Source: an uncultured virus (IMG/VR IMGVR_UViG_3300029951_000012) (lineage: Duplodnaviria > Heunggongvirae > Uroviricota > Caudoviricetes). Taken from it: a DNA stretch of 64,000 nt. The stretch is taken from the IMG/VR virus record IMGVR_UViG_3300029951_000012, one strand, 5' to 3'. The notes under the pieces are model-generated. The model worked only from the letters and a program-made list of their open reading frames with translations. It searched no databases and was not told the origin of the DNA. This document shows, one piece after another, positions 17,978-27,853 of this stretch; within the stretch, counting starts at the first letter, position 1; each line of letters opens with the position of its first letter. Made by a program: the position numbers and the translations under genes.

Positions 17978-18727
17978 TTAGAAAACTCCGTAAGCTCGGC
18001 GGCCAGAAAAGCTCCGCCGTGAAACTGGTCTGCGCTGCTTCATTGCTACTTCGCGGTTGAAAAGATTTCGGCACGCCTTTTCTGCTTTAGCGATGAACGA
18101 ATCCTTATCAACATCGTCGCGGCCTTCCGCTGCCTCTGCACAAAAATACCATGCCAATGGATTGAGCGCCCGCATAACAGGAACTGGCTGCGCGCCGATG
18201 ACTGTGCCATCCTGATTGGCCGCGAAGTCGGGAAGATACGCCGCATATTCCATCCTCAAATCCATCGAGTACAGCGACCCCGGCATATAGAGTGTGTCAT
18301 TCTCCCAATACCAGAAAGCGTTATACGGCCCCTTACGAGCGAAGGGTAGCTGCTCTGCCGCTTGGGTCATGGGAGCCGCATCGAACTGCGATGCTGTTCC
18401 TGTTTGCCGCTCCCAGATCTTCAACGGAAGAATCATGTCCTGCGGGAGAACCGGGCTTTGCGGCGGCGTCCAGTAGCTCTGCCCATCAAAGAAGTTGCTC
18501 CATGTCAGTGCCGTCCATGATGCTGGGTCAAGATTCGCCACAACGGGAAGCGCCGTTAGAAGCAAAGGCTTCTTGAAGCGGCAACTGCCCATGTTGGCGA
18601 GATATTCCTGAAAGTTCCGCCACGCCGCAATCACCATCGTCTGCGAAAACGGCTGCTCGTCCGTGAGGATGTCACCCCCAACAGATTCGATTGCGTCCCC
18701 CATCCTCACGCGCCCAAGATTCATCAC
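17978..18727 (-). CDS. Putative head-tail adaptor (P22 gp4-like position)
   Basis: Size and position; start codon uncertain (see findings). Confidence 0.5.
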   Translation of the reverse strand: MMNLGRVRMGDAIESVGGDILTDEQPFSQTMVIAAWRNFQEYLANMGSCRFKKPLLLTALPVVANLDPASWTALTWSNFFDGQSYWTPPQSPVLPQDMILPLKIWERQTGTASQFDAAPMTQAAEQLPFARKGPYNAFWYWENDTLYMPGSLYSMDLRMEYAAYLPDFAANQDGTVIGAQPVPVMRALNPLAWYFCAEAAEGRDDVDKDSFIAKAEKACRNLFNREVAMKQRRPVSRRSFSGRRAYGVF

Positions 18728-18784
18728 GCTTTCCAGCGAGTCATAGGGCGCGGTCAGTGGCGGCGGCAGCGGCGATTGATTTTC

Positions 18785-19576
18785 CTACTTTCCTTTCGGC
18801 TGTGTTGCGGAACGAATGTTGTCCTGCTCAATCATCCAAGCTGTGTAGAGGTCGGCGTTGATGATGCCTTTGCAGCCCTTGCAGATAGCAACATCGGGGT
18901 CATTGACCTCGCCACAACCCTTGCACTTGGTACGCCCCTGCGGAGCCGCCTGAGTCATCCACGGCGAGTCTACGGCGTTATCGCGGCCAAGAACACGAGC
19001 GGCCACAAAATGCACCTTTGGGCGAACAATCTGCGAGAACGCCTTGCGGTCGGTCTGGTAGATGTCCGCAATCTGCCGCACTACCTGCTCACAGTAAGCC
19101 TTGAGCTTCGCGTGAGCTTCTTCCAACTCTTGCGCGGTTGGTTTCTCGCCCTCAGCCACAAACACGCCCTGATGCGTCAGTGCGTTCGACGGAGACTGCC
19201 CACGGCCAAGCCCAATCATCGACTTGGCAAAATCTTTGCCGCGCTCCTGAAGGCGGCGGTACTCATCCTCGGACTGAGGATACAGTTCGTCCATGATGTA
19301 GCTGATGGGTGGAACATCGTTGCCGTGGGCATCGCGCACCAAAAGCTCTACGTAGGGGGTTCCTTCTGGACACGCTGGAATCAGGAATGAGCCAGTCGAG
19401 CCAGTGTTAACCAGCATCGGCCACGGCCCCACGTTGAAGACGTGAACCTTCTTCTTCTTTAACTCCTCAATCTCAGGCAGAACAGGCGGAATAGCACGGC
19501 CACGCGCCACAGCCAACTTGCGCTCGATATGTTCGTCTGCGATGGTTCTCATTCCTGAATGATTAGCGACTGGCAT
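18785..19576 (-). CDS. Hypothetical protein with C-terminal CxxC-CxxC zinc ribbon
   Basis: CKGC...CKGC; likely start MPVANHSG after GGAG. Confidence 0.7.
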   Translation of the reverse strand: MPVANHSGMRTIADEHIERKLAVARGRAIPPVLPEIEELKKKKVHVFNVGPWPMLVNTGSTGSFLIPACPEGTPYVELLVRDAHGNDVPPISYIMDELYPQSEDEYRRLQERGKDFAKSMIGLGRGQSPSNALTHQGVFVAEGEKPTAQELEEAHAKLKAYCEQVVRQIADIYQTDRKAFSQIVRPKVHFVAARVLGRDNAVDSPWMTQAAPQGRTKCKGCGEVNDPDVAICKGCKGIINADLYTAWMIEQDNIRSATQPKGK

Positions 19577-20249
19577 AGTGAAGTTTCTCCGGGCGAATCT
19601 GTGTTGCGCCACGAATCGGCAAACCAAGTTCATTCGCCGTCTTCGGGGTTGGTGCTGATTTTGTTGCTTTGGGCCGTCCGCCAATGTTCGCAGCGCGAAT
19701 CCCAGCGACGGGCATTAAATCCTTGATTTTGTCGAAGCGTTTCTGCTGCTGGTCTTTCTCTTCAGCCTCACGTGTTGCGCGGATGGCTCTCGCGTTGGCA
19801 ATCGGGTCATTCGTCTTGGCCTTCTTTACCAGAGCGATGATGGTGTCGATTCCACCGTCTCCCGGTTGCGAGAACTCAAACGTGTGGCACTGAAAATAGA
19901 CACCACGCGAAGGATAAGGGCCAGTCAAAAGCAATCCATTGTAAGGGTCGCGGAATTTGAGGTTGTACTCCTCCTCGGTCATCAGCGTATGGTCAAACGC
20001 CGAAATCCACTTCTCCATAATCCATTTGCTGCCGATGTGCCGATAAGCCGGACGCGCTCGATAGCCAATGAATCCATCTGCAAACTCACCCCCGCAAAGC
20101 ATTTGCACGGAAGGCGCAAACACGATGCGGAAGAGAGGTTCGTCGTAGGGATTGGAGCCTCCGACCCGTTTCATTGTTTCAGGGGTGGGGTATCCGAGCC
20201 AGTGTGTCGGCTCAGATACCACCCCATCGACTTGGATGAGTCCACTCAC
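19563..20249 (-). CDS. Hypothetical protein downstream of the capsid gene
   Basis: Coupled ORF; conserved in copy 2. Confidence 0.7.
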   Translation of the reverse strand: MSGLIQVDGVVSEPTHWLGYPTPETMKRVGGSNPYDEPLFRIVFAPSVQMLCGGEFADGFIGYRARPAYRHIGSKWIMEKWISAFDHTLMTEEEYNLKFRDPYNGLLLTGPYPSRGVYFQCHTFEFSQPGDGGIDTIIALVKKAKTNDPIANARAIRATREAEEKDQQQKRFDKIKDLMPVAGIRAANIGGRPKATKSAPTPKTANELGLPIRGATQIRPEKLHYASR

Positions 20250-21523
20250 TATGCCTGTCCGAGAATTCCTGACGGGATAGCAATGCCGCTTGCAAAGGCA
20301 TTTTCGCGGGTCTGCACCATTCCCAGATTAAGCTCGCTTATCATGTAGAAAACGACTGCCGATGCCTGACCGCCGCTTGCGCCAATCACGCCGAACAGAG
20401 TCTGACCTGCGACATCGTAGAAATCGTCGGCTTTGGTCTGAATCTGGAAAGCGTTCTTGAGTGCGAGGAAGTCAATGTAACCCGGCAGCGCACGAGGGTT
20501 GGGAAGGAATTCCCGTCCGCCGATAGTGCTGGGCGTTTTGCGCTTCAGCATGTCCACAGATTCATCGCCCTTGAGCATTGCCATGTCGATGTGCTGCACG
20601 AGAAGCGCGTTCTGCTCCCATGCGGCAAGCTCAGACGGGGTAGCGTGAGCCACCAAGTCTTCATCTTCCACGTCCATGCCCTTCGAGAATTCCATCTGGG
20701 TCTGGAGAGCGCGAACGATCTGCGGAGTGAGAGCGCCGTTTACGGCAACGGAAGGAGTGTTGTACTTGCCCGGCCACGCGGAACGCTGTACGCCCATCCA
20801 GTTGCCTGTGTTCGTGCCAACCTGATAGTAGCGCAGACCGAACATGCCGGAATTGGCCTGACCCGATGAGCCGGATACAAGCAGCTTCATGCCGGCAGTG
20901 ATGACGCCAGTAGTAACACCGTTCGCAAGCCAGATGGTATTGGAGAGGATGTCCGAGTCCTGCACGGTGATGGTGGCAACGAACGTGCCGCCAACCGCCG
21001 TCCAAACGTCAACGTCCTGATCGTCAAGGAAGAAGTTGGCGTTGTTGACCACGATGCCAACCGTGTTGCCGCCCTCTGCGACGAGTGAAACAACGGTGTC
21101 GAGGGTGTTGGAGCCGTCGCCCTGAAGCGTAATGTCGAGGAAGTCGGCAAACAGCTTCGGCGCAATCGAGCGGGTGAGTGTGGCAAAGTTCTCAATCGCC
21201 TTCTCGTCCGAATCGGTTGCATACTCAGCCTGACGGGTGTAGCTGAAGGCGTGAATAAAGCAGGTTGTGGTCAGTTGGCCGGGAACCTGAGTCGGGCCAG
21301 AACCGATGCCCATGTCCGCGCCGTTCATGTTGCCTACACGCGGCTTGCCGCCACGGGAAGGCATCGTCGGGATGCGGCACGGACGGTCTGATACGGGCTT
21401 GACCGACGTATTCTTCTGGATGCGCTTGCGGAGGACGGATGCGGAAAGCGAAAGGTCTTCGAGTTCCGGGCGGACGTACTCTTGCTCGGAAGCGAGAGCT
21501 TGCATGGAGTTAGCGATGCCCAT
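20249..21523 (-). CDS. Major capsid protein
   Basis: 424 aa, strongly biased codon usage, downstream of portal and scaffold. Confidence 0.75.
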   Translation of the reverse strand: MGIANSMQALASEQEYVRPELEDLSLSASVLRKRIQKNTSVKPVSDRPCRIPTMPSRGGKPRVGNMNGADMGIGSGPTQVPGQLTTTCFIHAFSYTRQAEYATDSDEKAIENFATLTRSIAPKLFADFLDITLQGDGSNTLDTVVSLVAEGGNTVGIVVNNANFFLDDQDVDVWTAVGGTFVATITVQDSDILSNTIWLANGVTTGVITAGMKLLVSGSSGQANSGMFGLRYYQVGTNTGNWMGVQRSAWPGKYNTPSVAVNGALTPQIVRALQTQMEFSKGMDVEDEDLVAHATPSELAAWEQNALLVQHIDMAMLKGDESVDMLKRKTPSTIGGREFLPNPRALPGYIDFLALKNAFQIQTKADDFYDVAGQTLFGVIGASGGQASAVVFYMISELNLGMVQTRENAFASGIAIPSGILGQA

Positions 21524-21683
21524 AAGGAAACCTCAGTTTCAAGATTCATCCTCATGGCGTACCCTTTTGGGGTCGAACGTCATGCAAGAAGCACTGCGGC
21601 GAATTGTGGCTTACTCCGTCAATCTTTAGGAACTGACTTCAGCCGTTCGCTTTGCAACTGTTACGCGAAATACTATCACGAGC
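21524..21683 (-). promoter_or_regulatory. Structured leader / internal promoter upstream of the capsid gene
   Basis: TGaTAGTAT extended -10 at 21670-78; two nested stem domains. Confidence 0.4.
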
Positions 21684-22952
21684 CTACTTTGGACTCCAAG
21701 TGACAGGGTTTTTACGCCCCACAATGTACGCCTGACGCTTCACCAACATGTGCTGTGGAGTCCGCGCAAGGTCAACCTTCAACCCCTGAGCCTGTGGCGC
21801 TCCGGCGATGCGCTCAAACTTCACTGCGCCCTCTTCGGCGGGGAGTTTGGTCGCTGCGGGTTTGGTTACAGTAGTGGGCGCTGGCTTGCCCTTCCGCGCC
21901 GCCAGAACATCGCCCACAATCCGTTTGGCCGCGCCCTGAATGATCTTCTTGTGCTCCGATTGAACCCGCTGGATGTACGCGGCCTTGTTATTGGCCTTCA
22001 GATACGCCTTTAGCGCGTTCTGGTAGGGGGTGTTGATGGCAACCCGTGCGTTGATCTCTTCGCGGAAGGCGGTGCGTACTTTTCCAATCTCATCCGCCGT
22101 CAGCTTGGCGTTGCCGAGAACTTTCTGCGCCTCAGTGACCATCAAACTCTGCGAAGTTGGAGCGATGGTGGCGTTCCACTCGATATCGCGGAGACGGGTT
22201 GCAGCATCTTCCTGATTCGGCTGCTGAGTCTGTGTCGCTTCTGGCTTTTTCACGTCCGGCGTAGCAAGAGGCTTATTTGCCATCGTTGTAATGCCTTCAA
22301 ACGCGCGCTTAATAGCCGAATATCCCTCAATCAACTGCTGTACGGAGGGGTCGTCGGACTTTTGCGGGATGATGCGGTCAAGTAGTTTGAATTGCAGCGG
22401 CAAATCTTGGTCTTGGAAGTATCCGACCACAGCTTTTGCCACAATCGAGGAGTAACCATCTGGGTTCAACTCTGCGAATTTGTTGATGGCCTCTGGTACA
22501 AGACGCTGGAAGGCTTCGGGATTGGCTTCAATCATGCGCCCGATAATTTTGGGGTCGCCTTGCTGAAATTCGTTGTCAAATTCGCGCCAGAACGTGCGTT
22601 CTTGCACTGTTTCTTCAATGACTTGCTCAATCGGCACGGCGTCGGGAGTCTCGGAGTCCGCAGACAGCCGTTTTACTGACTCAAGAACGGCGTCTATGCC
22701 TTTTAGCCCTTCGGGATGACGCTTGCTTACCTCTGTGGAGTCGTAGATGGCCTTACGGACTTGTGCGACAGTCTTCTTATCGGTTGTGGACAACGATTGC
22801 TGAATAGCTTTCCAAAGCGGAGCGCCGGAAAGAGCCTCGCCGCCGTCAGTTTCGGTTCCTTCGATGGGTTCAGCGCCCTCAACAGGCTCCGCGCCTTCTA
22901 CCGGCTCGATTACTTCTTCAATGGGGGCGTCTACGATTGCTTCTTCTGGCAT
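21684..22952 (-). CDS. Scaffolding protein
   Basis: Acidic EPVEGA-repeat N-terminus, helical, between portal and capsid. Confidence 0.65.
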   Translation of the reverse strand: MPEEAIVDAPIEEVIEPVEGAEPVEGAEPIEGTETDGGEALSGAPLWKAIQQSLSTTDKKTVAQVRKAIYDSTEVSKRHPEGLKGIDAVLESVKRLSADSETPDAVPIEQVIEETVQERTFWREFDNEFQQGDPKIIGRMIEANPEAFQRLVPEAINKFAELNPDGYSSIVAKAVVGYFQDQDLPLQFKLLDRIIPQKSDDPSVQQLIEGYSAIKRAFEGITTMANKPLATPDVKKPEATQTQQPNQEDAATRLRDIEWNATIAPTSQSLMVTEAQKVLGNAKLTADEIGKVRTAFREEINARVAINTPYQNALKAYLKANNKAAYIQRVQSEHKKIIQGAAKRIVGDVLAARKGKPAPTTVTKPAATKLPAEEGAVKFERIAGAPQAQGLKVDLARTPQHMLVKRQAYIVGRKNPVTWSPK

Positions 22953-22973
22953 TTCATTCTCCCTTTAGAGGAT

Positions 22974-25358
22974 TCAAACTGTTGCTGTTCCCGGCGTACC
23001 GGGTGCTGCGGCGTTCTTTGCTACTCCGGGCTGCGCTTCTGGCGCGGCTTCGATAATTCCAGCTTGCTTATTCATCTGCTGTCTAGCGGCTGGGTCTTCA
23101 TCTTTGAAATTGATGCTCTCACTCGGCGGCTTCATCTGCTGCATCGCTGCTGCCTTTGCTGCCGCCTGTTGCGCGAGGAATTGGTCATGCACGCCTTTGT
23201 GGAGTCTAACATTTTGCACGCCCAATTTGGCTTGTTCAATTTCAGCAACCTCACCAATGTTCTGGCGAATCCAGCAATCCTCAGACGACAGATACTCTTG
23301 GCACTTCGCAGACTCCCATTGGTGATAGTCGTCAGCTTCTGGCATGAGCGAAGGAAGTTGTGCGGGCGGCGGCGTGTAAGGAGGGTCGGGCAGGCCCGCA
23401 TTTCTTGCTTGCAATGCCTGTGCCGCGTGCTGAAGGTTGTAGGCATCAATCGCTGGCTGATTGTCTTGTGGCGGCTCACGCAATAGAATCTCCAACTCGC
23501 GCGTCTGCTTTTTATATGCAATTGCAGGAGTCAGCACCAAATCAGGGTTGCCGTTCAACTGCAAGAACTCCTGCCAGTTATCGGGCGACTCGAACAGTGT
23601 TTGACCAAGTGGAGACTTCGATGCCATCTCGATAATTGTTTGCAGGTTGGCACGCTTCGATGCGGTCGTCTCAGGGAAGCTCGACTCGGAAATATGCGCG
23701 TGGAACTTGCCCTTTTTCAGTCGCTCCAACTTTAGCGTGACATTCTTTCCATCGCCCGATGTCACGACAATTTCTTGTCCGTGGTCAGGATTCTCCGAAG
23801 CAAGTAGCGCGGCCTTTGTGTAGATGCCGCCGAACATCCGCTGCAAAGAAGCCCACGCCGGGCCGAGCATCCCCATCGCCTGACTTCTATCCATCGCCTG
23901 ACCACTGGCCGTCTGGTCGGGCTTGGATTGTCCTTCGAGCGCAGGGAGAGCGCCTACAAGCTCCTGCGATAACATCCGAAGTTCAGTGATGGCCTCATCA
24001 AACCCTGCTGGGGATTCTGTCTGCGGTTCGCGGTAGAAACTTTCCTCAATCGGGTGGCCCGGGTCTGCCGACTTGAGTAGAACGCAGTTACCCGGTTTAC
24101 TTCGCTGGTCAACAATCGCGTCATAGTCTTCCGCATCGCCACGGAAGTAAGTGAAACTCCAGCCCTTCTCGTAGTTCTCGCGCTTGGCGTTCATGTAGTC
24201 GTTGAACGCATCCTGCACGACCTTGTCCGGCTCCATAAGAGCGCCGCCGCTCATCCCATCGCGCTCTACCGGAAAACCTACGTCAAGAGCATCGTCAGGG
24301 CACTCATTCCAAGCCTCTGAGTACGTCTTGCCGATGTACTTGACATGCGCCCCATCAGGGAACAACATCTCCATCATTTCCTGAATGGTTTTCGTGCCGT
24401 CCGACATCTCGCCATTCGGAAGTTCTCCGGTGTACGGCTCATCCATCGACTTGTCGGTAAACCCATCAGGGCGGAGAAAGCAGTTCATCTCCGTCGTGAG
24501 GTACGACAGAGCCACGCCTGTCAGGTAGTACGATTTCTTCGCTTGCCGCGCACCAATACGCGCATATCGTTCCCAATCAGACTCGCCTAAGCCAGCCTCT
24601 CCGGGCGCGATCTTGTCTTCAATCCAATCGTTCTGTGCCTTCGCGGTCAGAGCATCAAGGTCGTCATACAGAAAGCAGTACAGCGCATCGCAAAACTCAT
24701 CGCAGACAATCGGAACCTTTGACTCCAGTGTTCCGTAGATGCGCGTGGTCTCCATTGAGCGCGGCGTACCATCGGCGTTACTGCCAAACTTAGCGCGCGA
24801 CTTGAGCGTTGATGTCCAAGCCACACACCGGCCCGAAAGCTCGAACATCCGAGCAATATCTTGCTGAATTTTCTTGATGTCGTTGTTCTGGTCAAATAGA
24901 TGCCGAAAACCCTCAGCCGTCTCAGCCGCTTCAATATCCTCACTCTGTCCAGGACGGTCGGGGGTGAAGTCTACTGCCGGCTCATTCTGTGTAAGCACCG
25001 CGTCAAGCGACCTGCGCCGGATGCGGAAGATGTTGTACGCACCCATAAACTCAGGGCATTCAATAGACTGCCCGTTGCCTATGTTGACGTAACCACCCGC
25101 CGTTCCAACCTGATATACACCCGTTCCCCAGTTGGGATAGACGTGCTGCACCCCATCGTCGTAGAAGCGCAAGATTCTATCCATCAGCGCTTCGATGCGG
25201 CGGTCGTACACATCCCGCGCCTGATACTTTTTTACGAGGCGGTCAAAAGCATCTTTCAGGATGTCGGGGAGGTCGCGGTTGTTTACGCCGTAAGTCGGCG
25301 GGTCATCGCTTTGCGGCACGGAAACAGGAGCGGCTTCGTCGGCAAGCTGCTCCTCCAT
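22974..25358 (-). CDS. Portal protein
   Basis: 794 aa; EDIEAAETAE, QTASGQAM and Gln-rich C-terminus typical of P22-like portals. Confidence 0.75.
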   Translation of the reverse strand: MEEQLADEAAPVSVPQSDDPPTYGVNNRDLPDILKDAFDRLVKKYQARDVYDRRIEALMDRILRFYDDGVQHVYPNWGTGVYQVGTAGGYVNIGNGQSIECPEFMGAYNIFRIRRRSLDAVLTQNEPAVDFTPDRPGQSEDIEAAETAEGFRHLFDQNNDIKKIQQDIARMFELSGRCVAWTSTLKSRAKFGSNADGTPRSMETTRIYGTLESKVPIVCDEFCDALYCFLYDDLDALTAKAQNDWIEDKIAPGEAGLGESDWERYARIGARQAKKSYYLTGVALSYLTTEMNCFLRPDGFTDKSMDEPYTGELPNGEMSDGTKTIQEMMEMLFPDGAHVKYIGKTYSEAWNECPDDALDVGFPVERDGMSGGALMEPDKVVQDAFNDYMNAKRENYEKGWSFTYFRGDAEDYDAIVDQRSKPGNCVLLKSADPGHPIEESFYREPQTESPAGFDEAITELRMLSQELVGALPALEGQSKPDQTASGQAMDRSQAMGMLGPAWASLQRMFGGIYTKAALLASENPDHGQEIVVTSGDGKNVTLKLERLKKGKFHAHISESSFPETTASKRANLQTIIEMASKSPLGQTLFESPDNWQEFLQLNGNPDLVLTPAIAYKKQTRELEILLREPPQDNQPAIDAYNLQHAAQALQARNAGLPDPPYTPPPAQLPSLMPEADDYHQWESAKCQEYLSSEDCWIRQNIGEVAEIEQAKLGVQNVRLHKGVHDQFLAQQAAAKAAAMQQMKPPSESINFKDEDPAARQQMNKQAGIIEAAPEAQPGVAKNAAAPGTPGTATV

Positions 25359-25380
25359 TTGCGGTTCATCGACAATGGCT

Positions 25381-25689
25381 TCAGTTGCGATATCTTGCTC
25401 CGGCGCTCAGTTCGTGGATTCGCTTTGCTTTGTCGAGTCTATCAACAACTTCCTGCGCCTCAAGAATGGCTGCAACCGCTCTCTCCAGCGTCCCGCAGCA
25501 CACCTTAGCGCCCACAGGAACAACCGACAAGCAGTAAGGGCAACTCAGTTCCTTCTCTACATTGTCAGCCCACATGGAGGCCATCTGCTCACGAACAAAC
25601 GCAATCTTCTCCACGCCAGCCTGATATTCAGGGTCGGCGGCGTTGGCATCGTTCACAACTTGATTGAGAGCGTCGTCATTCACAGCCAA
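25381..25689 (-). CDS. Hypothetical protein with CPYC motif
   Basis: ORF in operon. Confidence 0.6.
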   Translation of the reverse strand: MAVNDDALNQVVNDANAADPEYQAGVEKIAFVREQMASMWADNVEKELSCPYCLSVVPVGAKVCCGTLERAVAAILEAQEVVDRLDKAKRIHELSAGARYRN

Positions 25690-25828
25690 AGTCTCGCTTC
25701 ACAATCCCTAGAAATGTTTGGAGCGCAAACGCACATTGTTCTTTAGCGTACTCAGTGATAACCTGCTCATCACTTTTACGCTTCCCATCATCGAATTCAT
25801 CGAGAGCAAATTGGTATACGGGAGTCAT
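25676..25828 (-). CDS. 50-aa hypothetical protein
   Basis: MTPVYQFALDEF...; ATGA overlap with the upstream gene. Confidence 0.45.
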   Translation of the reverse strand: MTPVYQFALDEFDDGKRKSDEQVITEYAKEQCAFALQTFLGIVKRDFGCE

Positions 25829-26046
25829 TTCTTTTTCCTCATGCCCGCATAGCCTTTTGCAGCAACCGCATCACGCCTCGTCTGCGGGTCTTTGGAATCC
25901 AGCGCAGCGTCTATCCGCTTGGCTCCCAACTTCTCGTCCTGCGGAACGCCTAACTCAGCGTGAAGACGCCCCGGATGCGAAGTCCATGAACCCTTCGCTC
26001 CGAGGTCTACCGTCTTCGTTTTCTTCTTGTCGTAGAGGCCAGCCAT
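25825..26046 (-). CDS. Small basic protein
   Basis: HPGRLHAELGVP motif; GGAGG RBS. Confidence 0.65.
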   Translation of the reverse strand: MAGLYDKKKTKTVDLGAKGSWTSHPGRLHAELGVPQDEKLGAKRIDAALDSKDPQTRRDAVAAKGYAGMRKKK

Positions 26047-26058
26047 ACCGCCTCCGCT

Positions 26059-26631
26059 CTAATACAGAACGACGGTTGTACTCGCGTAAGCAGACGATGC
26101 AGCCGCCGAATAACTCAGCGCCCCAGTCAGTCCGCCCCAGTTGAGAATCGTCACTCGCGCAGAGAGGCTGTTGTAGCCCGTCACAAACGTGGTGAAATTC
26201 GCATTGGTCGTCAGACCCGCTGCCTGAAAGAACTTCGCATCACAAACAACCAGACCGCCGCCGTAGGCAGTTGCCGCTGTCGCCGCTTCCTGCAAGCCAA
26301 AGTCACCAGAGCGAACGAGGTCACCCTGACCATGGCCGAAGCTGAAGGCAGCAGTGATGATGCAGGTTCCGTAAATCGTCGGTGTGGGATTCGATACGCT
26401 GGTAGGCGTCACCGTCTCAATCGACGTCCCGCTGCCAATCGTAATCGGGATGCCAGCAACAGGCGACACAGCGCGACCATCAGGCGTGTACACCACACCC
26501 AGCGCCAGCGTGATCGCATAGGTTCCCGAATTCGGAGAGCCAGAGATGACCTGAAACGCAGGGGTTTCTGGGTTTACGCCGTAGGCATAGTTGAAAGCGT
26601 TGAATTCAGCGGAATACTTTGTGAGTGCCAT
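26059..26631 (-). CDS. Putative structural/decoration protein
   Basis: Thr/Gly/Ala-rich beta protein; AGGAG RBS. Confidence 0.6.
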   Translation of the reverse strand: MALTKYSAEFNAFNYAYGVNPETPAFQVISGSPNSGTYAITLALGVVYTPDGRAVSPVAGIPITIGSGTSIETVTPTSVSNPTPTIYGTCIITAAFSFGHGQGDLVRSGDFGLQEAATAATAYGGGLVVCDAKFFQAAGLTTNANFTTFVTGYNSLSARVTILNWGGLTGALSYSAAASSAYASTTVVLY

Positions 26632-26643
26632 GTTTTCTCCTGT

Positions 26644-27093
26644 TTACTGCATTCCGCCCATAGGCGTTGACTCTTCTGCGTGCTGCGGCTTGTCTTCCGA
26701 ACCCTCTTCGCCGCCCATGAAAGACTTTAGCCCTTCGCCCATATCTTCAGGCGAGTCATGCTCCTGCGTCTCTTCGTGCGTGCCGTCTTCATGGATGCCG
26801 TGCGTGTGGCCCGTAAATCCGTCATGCTTGGCATGGTGATGCTTCGACTCAGGCTCGTGCTCGTGGGCGATATGCGTGGTCATGTGGAGCAGGTCGGGAT
26901 GCTGTTCTTCCTGACCGTCCTTCATGGTGTGGTAAGTGCCGTCGCCGTGGTCGTGAATCTCCATCGGCGCACCAGACTCTTCGCGTTCACCCTCAGGCTT
27001 GGCTTCAGCAGGTTGGCGCATCTTCGACATCCCGTCCTGCATCGACTTCATGCCGCCGCCCGGACTCATCAGCTTATTCAATCCCATCGCCAT
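26644..27093 (-). CDS. His/Glu-rich protein
   Basis: Tandem HxDGTxH-like units. Confidence 0.65.
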   Translation of the reverse strand: MAMGLNKLMSPGGGMKSMQDGMSKMRQPAEAKPEGEREESGAPMEIHDHGDGTYHTMKDGQEEQHPDLLHMTTHIAHEHEPESKHHHAKHDGFTGHTHGIHEDGTHEETQEHDSPEDMGEGLKSFMGGEEGSEDKPQHAEESTPMGGMQ

Positions 27094-27521
27094 TAGTGGG
27101 CCTCCGCGATAGTGAGTGCCTTTTCAGCATCTTCGTACGTGAGGAAGTCACCATAGTTCACGCCGTCCTTGTCGAGCGAGAACAGGTTTTCTCCGCGAGG
27201 CGTGATGGTGAATCCGTTGCCAGTGACCAGCGCAGCGGAATCAGGTACAGGCGCGTCCTGTGGAGGGATGATGGGCGTGAACTTAGCCGCATCGGGATTG
27301 GCTGACTGGCTCACATACTCCGCGCCAATGCCGTAGGGGTCGCCCTCGCCAGCAAAGCCAGTATCCCAGAATTCGTTGTAGGACGAGCCGCCGTCACAAT
27401 GCTGCGGAGTGCCGCGCAGATGGTCGGGTGTGGCTTCGGTGTCGGGCAATCCCAAGCACTTGCGTTCCGCGTGGCCGTCAGTCTTCACAGACCCCGGATT
27501 CATCTCTTCAAAGGTTGCCAT
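27093..27521 (-). CDS. Acidic hypothetical protein
   Basis: TAATG-coupled ORF. Confidence 0.6.
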   Translation of the reverse strand: MATFEEMNPGSVKTDGHAERKCLGLPDTEATPDHLRGTPQHCDGGSSYNEFWDTGFAGEGDPYGIGAEYVSQSANPDAAKFTPIIPPQDAPVPDSAALVTGNGFTITPRGENLFSLDKDGVNYGDFLTYEDAEKALTIAEAH

Positions 27522-27853
27522 TAGTTCTCCTGTGACTTCTCGCGCTTCATCTGCTCTGCGTTCACTTGCTGCTCAAAGAGTCTCCGCACGTCGCCAGAGT
27601 TCTTTGCGTGAATAATACCATCATCCGGCTTAGCAGCTTGCACGCGGAGTTTTTCAACAAGGGCATCGTATCGAGCCTGAATCTTTTCGGAACGTTCCTT
27701 CCATTGCTCGCACTTTTCGTCCTGAGTAGCCATTGCACCGGTAGCTTCACGCAGAATAGTGCTGTTTTCATCGCGCACACTCACCCACCGAAAGGCGCAA
27801 TATCCACAGCAAACCCAGCCGATAATCGCCGCTATTACTGCCGCCCAGACCAT
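27521..27853 (-). CDS. N-terminal TM plus coiled-coil protein
   Basis: Hydrophobic N-terminus; coupled to terL. Confidence 0.6.
   Translation of the reverse strand: MVWAAVIAAIIGWVCCGYCAFRWVSVRDENSTILREATGAMATQDEKCEQWKERSEKIQARYDALVEKLRVQAAKPDDGIIHAKNSGDVRRLFEQQVNAEQMKREKSQEN

Larger units (their letters stand above)
13488..20174. repeat. 6,687-bp direct repeat, copy 1
   Basis: Identical translations in all listed frames to 57074-63760; flanking mismatches at 13487/57073 and 20175/63761. Confidence 0.92.
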
